A DNA stretch of 32,000 nt from Acaryochloris marina S15 (GTDB lineage: Bacteria; Cyanobacteriota; Cyanobacteriia; Thermosynechococcales; Thermosynechococcaceae). Location of the stretch: positions 3,570,001 through 3,602,000 of the forward strand of contig NZ_CP064923.1 in assembly GCF_018336915.1 (NCBI RefSeq). Direction: 5' to 3'. Each line of letters starts with the position of its first letter. The stretch's first letter is position 1. Positions 26,375 to 32,000 of the stretch are shown here, one piece after another. Made by a program: the position numbers and the translations under genes. The notes below the pieces were generated by a model, which saw only the letters and a list, made by a program, of their open reading frames with translations, was not told where the DNA came from and did no database searches.

Positions 26375-27472
26375 TCAACTGGGCACACTCAATGCGTTGG
26401 GAGCTGGATGGTGGTGCCCCCGATGATAGTCATCGGCATTCAGAGACTGCACCATATCCGCAAAGGTGAGATGAAAACATTCCAATCCCCCACATAGCCA
26501 ATCAATATAGTCAGGCCATTGGTCCGTGGCATTGATGTCCGTCTCGGGAAGGGAACAGTAAATGACACATTCTGAGACCAGATTCTCCCAGTTAAGGGCA
26601 AATCCCAGTTCAGCTTCAATCCGTTCCTGTTGCGCGGCGAGTAACTCGTAATGAGCTTGGGCATCTTCATCAAATAATCGTAGCTCAATGGCTAAAGAGG
26701 CATGGCCGCGATCCACATGGGCAGATAGTAAAAAGCCCGCTCTACCAATGGCAAAATCAATGTGGTCTTCAGGGGGCGGAGCTACTGCTTTGACCACACT
26801 GCCCCGTTGTTCTAACTGATCACAGAGTTCTGACCAGAACGCGACATGCTGTTCTTGTTCTGCTGTTAGGGGTTCGGGTTCAGACTCCTCTGGCTCTGAT
26901 TTAGGCTCAGGTAGTGCTTCTGCCTGTTGTTCTAGCTGACTCTCCAAATCCAATTCGGTTGAATCGATTTGGGAGGATTCTGTCGGTTCCTCAGCCGGTG
27001 AAACCAGATTAAACTGGGCGGCCATTGCGGTTTTACCAATTTGCCATAGCTCAATTTCCACGCCCCAAAATTGCAGTGAAGGTTGAGCGTGCTGATTAAG
27101 CCAATTAAGCAGCTTGAGATGTTCGTCAGAGAACTGGCTAGCAATCCAAATGATGCCTGTTGCACTAATATCGGCCCCTTCCGTCAAAAGCTGCCCGAAA
27201 TGTTGTCCATCCGTGGGACATAGCTGACTACCAATCAAAATCCAGTTTTTGGTTCCTGCCTGCCGACAAAGCAAATCCGCTTGGCGATCGCACATTTGTT
27301 GCGCATCTAAAACCACCTCTAAAGACAGACCAATGGCTTCCCCTAGAAGCTGTATATTCTCTTCTTGGCATAGCCAGGGTGCGAAATCCTCAGTAGCGGA
27401 CTGCCAATATTGGGTGACATCAACTTTCTCTAGACGACCCAAATTGGGTTTTGAGGGGGGCTTGGCAGACAT
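26375..27472 (-). CDS. DUF4268-type protein: N-terminal nuclease-fold domain (degenerate motif), acidic linker, C-terminal DUF4268-like domain
   Basis: LGRLEKVDVTQYW...APWLCQEENIQLLGEAIGLSLEVV ... ADLLCR...NWILIGSQLCPTDGQHFGQLLTEGA ... LNWLNQHA...FWGVEIELWQIG follows the family pattern, which I recall as D(I/L)L...IIENQL..TDH.HLGQ..TYA. Here IENQ is replaced by IGSQ. Confidence 0.6.
   Translation of the reverse strand: MSAKPPSKPNLGRLEKVDVTQYWQSATEDFAPWLCQEENIQLLGEAIGLSLEVVLDAQQMCDRQADLLCRQAGTKNWILIGSQLCPTDGQHFGQLLTEGADISATGIIWIASQFSDEHLKLLNWLNQHAQPSLQFWGVEIELWQIGKTAMAAQFNLVSPAEEPTESSQIDSTELDLESQLEQQAEALPEPKSEPEESEPEPLTAEQEQHVAFWSELCDQLEQRGSVVKAVAPPPEDHIDFAIGRAGFLLSAHVDRGHASLAIELRLFDEDAQAHYELLAAQQERIEAELGFALNWENLVSECVIYCSLPETDINATDQWPDYIDWLCGGLECFHLTFADMVQSLNADDYHRGHHHPAPNALSVPS
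27284..27291. repeat. HIP1 octamer GCGATCGC
   Basis: Exact match read from the sequence. Confidence 0.95.
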
Positions 27473-27700
27473 GGGTGAAGATCGCTCTAACGATTCATCC
27501 TCCTATGCAAATAACTCGCATCACGGAAGACAACAGGCTGGATATTCAATAGCTTAACGGTTATAGAGTCCAGCAGATCAGGAAGATTGATGCCAAATAT
27601 CCTGAGCTCCAACATACCGTTTCGATTTCACCCCTCCCAGAACCAAGGTTGAGAGGCGATGCCCTAAGCTAGTTGAAGAAAACTAAAGAACGGCGAGGTA

Positions 27701-28390
27701 TTAACCTGAATATTCAGGGTTGGGTGGGATTTTTGAAGAGGCTAACTTATCAGCCCAACGAGTGGTCTCTGGGAGTCGATACCGGGTGGTGCAGCTCATC
27801 ACATATTCAATGGCACGGTTCAAACTAATCCGATGTCCCAGAGAAATATACAGAGGTTTTGTCTTAGGGCGAGTGCGGAGGACTGCTCCAATCCTCTCGT
27901 CTTTATCAATTAAGGGCTGCCAATTCCCTCGGGTTTGGTCAACAGGCTCATGCTTTCCCACTAAGCGAGATTTGGCAACACCAATGGTAGGCAAATCAAC
28001 CAGCACACCCAAATGGCAGGCAATCCCAAAACGCCGAGGATGGGCGAGGCCTTGACCATCACAAAGGAGCAGATCAGGCGTAGTTTGAATTTGAGCTAAA
28101 GCAGCTAAGACCGTTGGAATTTCTCGAAACGACAAGAGACCGGGGATGTAGGGGAAAGTGGTCGGTTGGCGAGCAATCTTTGTTTCGTGAAGGCTCAGCT
28201 CAGGCCAAGTAAGGACTGCAATGGCCGCACGAGTGGTTTTGCCTTGGTCTTCAAACCCCACATCAACCCCGGCGACGTAGCGCACCTCACTAAAATCGTC
28301 GGTAGGGATGACCTGGGAACACAGTTGTTTTTGGAGTTGTATTGCCTCTGGAGCAGTTTGGGGCCAATTCTCAATATTTGGAATTCGCAC
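27701..28390 (-). CDS. nfi: Endonuclease V (deoxyinosine 3' endonuclease)
   Basis: VAGVDVGF, YIPGLLSFREIP and LLLCDGQGLAHPRRFGIACHLGV. GTG start at 28390. Confidence 0.92.
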   Translation of the reverse strand: MRIPNIENWPQTAPEAIQLQKQLCSQVIPTDDFSEVRYVAGVDVGFEDQGKTTRAAIAVLTWPELSLHETKIARQPTTFPYIPGLLSFREIPTVLAALAQIQTTPDLLLCDGQGLAHPRRFGIACHLGVLVDLPTIGVAKSRLVGKHEPVDQTRGNWQPLIDKDERIGAVLRTRPKTKPLYISLGHRISLNRAIEYVMSCTTRYRLPETTRWADKLASSKIPPNPEYSG

Positions 28391-28576
28391 TTACCACTTA
28401 TGTAGCCAGTGGGTATCGATATAGTCCATCACCATGAGGGAACCGAGCATGCCACCCATGATTCCCAGGATGAATATTAAGGGGTTAGCTACGGCAATTA
28501 GACTCCCTAGCGCACACATAACTACCGTCAAAAAGAAAAGAATTATGACCAAAAGTAACGGTCTGAATAAATACAT
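28391..28576 (-). CDS. Small hydrophobic protein (two predicted TM helices)
   Basis: 61 aa: LLLVIILFFLTVVMCALGSLIAV and IFILGIMGGMLGSLMVM. Its stop codon (28393..28391) directly abuts the nfi GTG (28390..28388). Confidence 0.45.
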   Translation of the reverse strand: MYLFRPLLLVIILFFLTVVMCALGSLIAVANPLIFILGIMGGMLGSLMVMDYIDTHWLHKW

Positions 28577-28599
28577 ATTAAATTCTTATGAGATATATA

Positions 28600-29532
28600 T
28601 CAATTTGTAATGCGATGATTGTTATTGTACTGTATTCGTGCGCCTGCCCAGTCTAGTTTCTCGCGAAGGGTGCGATAGTACGAGTAATTTTCCCGCAGTA
28701 ATACAAACCTGGCCCGGTATTTGGCCATCCAGATATCCACTCGCTGTCCCGGCCAAATTGAGGTACAAAGCACCCCATCCATCCACAGCTTGGTCGCCAG
28801 TTCCCGATCTGCAAGAGGCCAGACACTCACACGAGATCCAGGCGGTAATACAATGGGCCGACTGGATAAACTCAAAGGGCAAATCGGTGTGATCGCCATG
28901 GCTTCCATGCCTGGATGCAAAATAGGTCCACTAGCCGCGACGGTATAGCAGGTTGATCCCGTGGGAGTAGCCACTAATAACCCATCTCCTTGATACTGAT
29001 CCACCACTTCGCCATCAATTTCCAGCTCCAGAATCGAAGTAATCATGCGATCAGCCGATGCGGGCTTAATACACATTTCATTGAGGGCAATGTAAAACGG
29101 TTCTTCATCCGGAGTATCTGTCGGATCAACATCACGATCGGCCACTCGGGCCCGTAGCATCATCCGCTGTTGAACGGCATAGCGATCTTCGAGAATTCTT
29201 TGCCAGACCTGTTCAGTATCCATAAATAGATCGGCGGGTTCAGTGAGAAAACCTAAATGGCCGCCAATGTTGATTGCCAACATCGGAATCCCATCTGGAG
29301 CCAAATGACGGGCAGCGGCCAAGGCAGTACCATCTCCGCCCAGCACAATGGCTAGGTCAATGGGCTGAGTGGCAGAGGCCAGAAAAACTGGATAAGGATT
29401 ATCTTTTGGACCACTGGGTCCCATCAAAATATGGCAGCCCTGGGCTTCTAATTGACGGGCACATTTCTCTGCCCATCGTTGGCTGTGGGCATCCCCAGCT
29501 TTATAGACGATGATGACTTGCTGTAACTGCAC
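28600..29532 (-). CDS. nadK: NAD kinase
   Basis: LAIVLGGDGT motif, NEMCI, and DGLLVATPTGSTCYTVAASGPI. I place the start at GTG 29532 (VQLQQVIIVYKAGD, matching cyanobacterial NadK N-termini). The track start is TTG 29643, which would overlap the upstream GNAT gene. Confidence 0.9.
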   Translation of the reverse strand: MQLQQVIIVYKAGDAHSQRWAEKCARQLEAQGCHILMGPSGPKDNPYPVFLASATQPIDLAIVLGGDGTALAAARHLAPDGIPMLAINIGGHLGFLTEPADLFMDTEQVWQRILEDRYAVQQRMMLRARVADRDVDPTDTPDEEPFYIALNEMCIKPASADRMITSILELEIDGEVVDQYQGDGLLVATPTGSTCYTVAASGPILHPGMEAMAITPICPLSLSSRPIVLPPGSRVSVWPLADRELATKLWMDGVLCTSIWPGQRVDIWMAKYRARFVLLRENYSYYRTLREKLDWAGARIQYNNNHRITN

Positions 29533-29596
29533 CCGATCGGTCCCCTTTTCTGCTTTGCTCAGGCGTATGTAATCACCGTACCCTGTTCGCAGCGAT

Positions 29597-30358
29597 TTAT
29601 GAGTGGGGGGTAGATTCTGATCGGTGAGCAGTTTCAACGGCAACAGATTCAGGTGATATTACTACAGGTGCCATTGGGCACTGCATAAAGTTCAACTTAA
29701 ATCCCCATAACCGAGGATGGGGACGAAAGATACGGAAACAGCGTTTAACGCCGACGGGAAGATCTTGCCAGGATTGCACGGTAAATCCCTGCCGTTCGTA
29801 GAAAGGAACGATTGGAGGTTTACAGGCGAGATAAACGTCTTGGTCAGATTCCTGAATCAGGGTTTGGACGATTTGTGCTCCCCACCCCTGATGACGGAAT
29901 TGAGATTGGACAAAAACATAGGCCAACTCACTATGGTTGGTATAGGCATTGAGGAGTGCACAGCCTGCTAAGGTTCCTTCTTGCTCAATCACCTGAAAGC
30001 GAGACCAGTTAAATAAAGCTCCAAAAAATCGCATAATCAACTGCCCCATCACCAGACTGGCGAGATAAAAGCCCAGACCCGCCGTCGCCACATTAGCGAT
30101 GGCCAAAATAAACTGAACATCAATCTCTGTTGTCGATTGTCGCCAGTAGATCTGGAGCCACAAAGCCAATCCCACCAACCCTAAACGGAAAAAGGCAAAA
30201 CTAAAAAGTCGTACATCTAGCTCAATGCCTTCATCCCAGGTAAATTGCCAAAGCATTTGTTGTATGGCCCACTTATCTTGAGGTTGGGCAGGACGCAGCA
30301 CGTAAGGAGTAGAAGTTGACATGGAACTAGGGACATAGGAAGGGTCTGTTCCATTCAT
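29597..30358 (-). CDS. GNAT-family N-acetyltransferase with inserted hydrophobic (membrane) segments
   Basis: Acetyl-CoA motif A VFVQSQFRHQGWGAQIVQTL and FYERQGF. Between the first GNAT strand (VLRPAQPQDKWAI) and the core lie about 90 residues with 2-3 predicted TM helices (LFSFAFFRLGLVGLALWLQIYW; FILAIANVATAGLGFYLASLVMGQLIMRFFGALF). Confidence 0.7.
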   Translation of the reverse strand: MNGTDPSYVPSSMSTSTPYVLRPAQPQDKWAIQQMLWQFTWDEGIELDVRLFSFAFFRLGLVGLALWLQIYWRQSTTEIDVQFILAIANVATAGLGFYLASLVMGQLIMRFFGALFNWSRFQVIEQEGTLAGCALLNAYTNHSELAYVFVQSQFRHQGWGAQIVQTLIQESDQDVYLACKPPIVPFYERQGFTVQSWQDLPVGVKRCFRIFRPHPRLWGFKLNFMQCPMAPVVISPESVAVETAHRSESTPHS

Positions 30359-30418
30359 ATCATTTGCCCACCAGAATCTCTGCGGTTCTTCGGCGGGTGA
30401 TCTGCGGAAAAACTTGGG

Positions 30419-31792
30419 CTAGGGAAATAGCTTAGAGCAAAGAATATGATTGGGGTCGAAGGTGTCTTTGGCCTGCTGCCACCCTTGCCAATCAGAACCA
30501 AAGTGTTGGGACCAGAAATCGGGGGTAGTCTCTCCCAACCATCCGGACAAATATCGCTTGCCGCCTGCGCCCATCACTAACTGATGGACTTGTTCTAAGG
30601 CCGTCAACGCTTGAGTCTTTAAGGAGGGCGGAATGCCGGTCGGCAATACGGCGAAGAGAAAGGCCCGTTCAGGCTTCATCAGGAATCGAGGGGTAGGTCG
30701 TTCGGCGACCAACAACACTCGATGACCATCACCAAAGCAGGGGGGTAAGATCTCTAGAATTTTTGGAATGATCTCTGTTGCGGCACTTAAGGGCAATAGA
30801 CAGTCAAACCACGGATGGAGCTGTTGCCAAGCTCCGCTGGCCTGCATGGACCGAAACCGTAGATCGTAACGGGCGGCATAATCAGCCGTATCGTCATCTT
30901 CTATATGGAGAAGCTTGTGGTAATTCAAGCCTGCCAATACCTGTTCTTGCTGGGGAGGCGTTGCAGGATCAAACTCTACACTTACATGTAGGCCCCACAA
31001 CCACTGCACTAGGGGGCGACGCCCTGTAGGCGTTTTCTGTAAACCCTGCATACTAGCAGAGCAAAATCCTTCTAAGTAATCGATGCGATCGCACAGCTGA
31101 TTCTGATCCCTCATCCAGGTTTCTAGATCTTCATAGACCAAAAAATAAGTGCGTATCTGAGGTTTAATCGGTCGCGTGGCTAAGGTTGCCGATAGGATGA
31201 CCGCACATCGTCCCTGTCCCCCCAACACTGCGGCATAGAGATCAGGATTTTTATCGACGGTACACCAAAGTCTTTCCCCTGCCCCGGTCACCACTTCTAG
31301 GGCAATCACGTTTGCGATCGCAGGCCCATACCGATGACTATTGGCCCCAAATCCTCCCGCTGATAACGTTCCCCCCACCGTTAAATTCAGATTGAGGGGC
31401 ATCATACAAGGCAAATGCTGATAGGGCTTCAGTGCAGCAACCAACTGTCGCCACGTAGTGCCAGCACCACAGGTCACTTGCTGAGGCAAAGTTTCAGAAT
31501 AGTTAATATCATCCAATCTTGAGGTATCCAAAGTGATCCCCCCAGGACTAATAGACTGTCCATTTTGGCTACATCCTTTGCCCCGCAGCGTGACCGGCAA
31601 CTGGTCACGATTAGCCAACTGCAACAATGCAGCCACATCCTCCCCATGCCGAGGTTGAACCACTAAGCGTGATTGTCCCTGAATCAGATGTCCAAAATCA
31701 TGACTAGCAGTAGTTAAAACAGCAGGATCACTATCAAACGGCAATCCAATTTCGCTAACTCCATGAGTTAATGCAAAAGTTTTCTGAAACAC
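30419..31792 (-). CDS. FAD-linked oxidase, cytokinin dehydrogenase (CKX)-like
   Basis: PCMH-type FAD-binding N-terminus (LPVTLRGKGCSQNGQS; GGTLSAGGFGANSHRYG). C-terminus GGKRYLSGW...W..HFG..W......KDTFDPNHIL resembles the CKX C-terminal block K..FDP..IL. GTG start at 31792. Confidence 0.6.
   Translation of the reverse strand: MFQKTFALTHGVSEIGLPFDSDPAVLTTASHDFGHLIQGQSRLVVQPRHGEDVAALLQLANRDQLPVTLRGKGCSQNGQSISPGGITLDTSRLDDINYSETLPQQVTCGAGTTWRQLVAALKPYQHLPCMMPLNLNLTVGGTLSAGGFGANSHRYGPAIANVIALEVVTGAGERLWCTVDKNPDLYAAVLGGQGRCAVILSATLATRPIKPQIRTYFLVYEDLETWMRDQNQLCDRIDYLEGFCSASMQGLQKTPTGRRPLVQWLWGLHVSVEFDPATPPQQEQVLAGLNYHKLLHIEDDDTADYAARYDLRFRSMQASGAWQQLHPWFDCLLPLSAATEIIPKILEILPPCFGDGHRVLLVAERPTPRFLMKPERAFLFAVLPTGIPPSLKTQALTALEQVHQLVMGAGGKRYLSGWLGETTPDFWSQHFGSDWQGWQQAKDTFDPNHILCSKLFP
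31085..31092. repeat. HIP1 octamer GCGATCGC
   Basis: Exact match read from the sequence. Confidence 0.95.
31314..31321. repeat. HIP1 octamer GCGATCGC
   Basis: Exact match read from the sequence. Confidence 0.95.
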
Positions 31793-32000
31793 TGTCTCAC
31801 CCCTCCAAAAAAGCTCTAAACTCGAAAAAGTTATCCAGTCATTTTCAAAAAATCGTTAATTAGTCGAAAGGTGAATCAAAGTCACCGATAGTTCACTTAA
31901 ATGAGATTTAATAACATCAGCATTCTGTTTAATCTCTGGTTTTAGAAAGAATTCTTCAAAAATATTGGGAAATCAAAAATAGATAGCTTTTTCTATTTTT

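Noticed and set aside
26279-26379. 9-bp inverted repeat GTTGACAAT / ATTGTCAAC flanking the intergenic region between the DUF4268 gene and the S51 peptidase gene.
   Set aside because: The arms are about 85 nt apart and one overlaps a stop codon. There are no further features of a MITE or a regulatory site, so the match is plausibly chance.
29533-29643. The track start for nadK is TTG 29643, giving a 47-nt overlap with the upstream GNAT gene.
   Set aside because: The extra 37 residues have no NAD kinase similarity. GTG 29532 yields the typical N-terminus VQLQQVIIVYKAGD and removes the overlap.
31793-32000. AT-rich terminal segment with a palindrome AAGAATTCTT and a hairpin AAAATAGA-N8-TCTATTTT (31976..31999).
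   Set aside because: The window ends inside the element, so its context (promoter of the flavoenzyme gene or terminator of an unseen neighbour) cannot be judged.
1-32000. Search for mobile elements, tRNA/rRNA/tmRNA genes, CRISPR arrays, toxin-antitoxin pairs or known defence operons.
   Set aside because: All non-coding gaps are under 290 nt, and none shows cloverleaf-like or repeat-spacer structure. There is no transposase, no intact integrase, no Cas, and no RM or Abi-type gene set. The only recombinase-like sequence is the degenerate domain fused to the TetR protein.

Overview
This is a densely packed chromosomal segment that looks cyanobacterial. It carries at least 12 copies of the HIP1 octamer GCGATCGC, against roughly 0.5 expected by chance, and it has an ftsQ-ftsZ pair and a Delta9 acyl-lipid desaturase. 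I can support about 35 protein-coding genes on both strands. Most are housekeeping or conserved genes: partial J-domain protein, cytochrome P450, pentapeptide-repeat protein, glutaredoxin, desC, a TetR regulator, a Crp/Fnr regulator, an ABC ATPase, prs, ftsZ, ftsQ, msrP, rfbD, a GT4 glycosyltransferase, a CDF transporter, an FMN reductase, an OmpR-type regulator, DUF192, metF, UPF0182, an S51 peptidase, nfi, nadK, a GNAT and a CKX-like flavoenzyme. I found no rRNA, tRNA, CRISPR array, transposase or recognisable defence system, so this reads as an ordinary core region rather than an accessory island. Six things seem worth a second look. (1) A divergent desC/tetR pair is separated by two perfect TGCAAGT-N3-ACTTGCA palindromes, and the TetR protein carries a roughly 190-aa C-terminal domain that looks like a catalytically dead tyrosine-recombinase fold. 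(2) A three-gene unit joins a LapA-like membrane protein with an acidic tail, a translationally abutting OmpR-family regulator whose receiver lacks the conserved Thr and Lys (NblR-like), and a DUF192 lipoprotein. (3) The leader upstream of the CDF metal exporter contains crossing long-range complementarities. (4) A roughly 1.2-kb AT-rich islet is bracketed by a 10-nt direct repeat and holds an orphan secreted protein and a truncated SPFH gene. (5) There are two stand-alone nuclease-fold proteins, one with an intact D...EAK motif and one with a degenerate motif. (6) A cytokinin-dehydrogenase-like flavoprotein has Cys where plant enzymes have the FAD-linking His. All functional calls rest on motif recognition by eye; no database search was possible.
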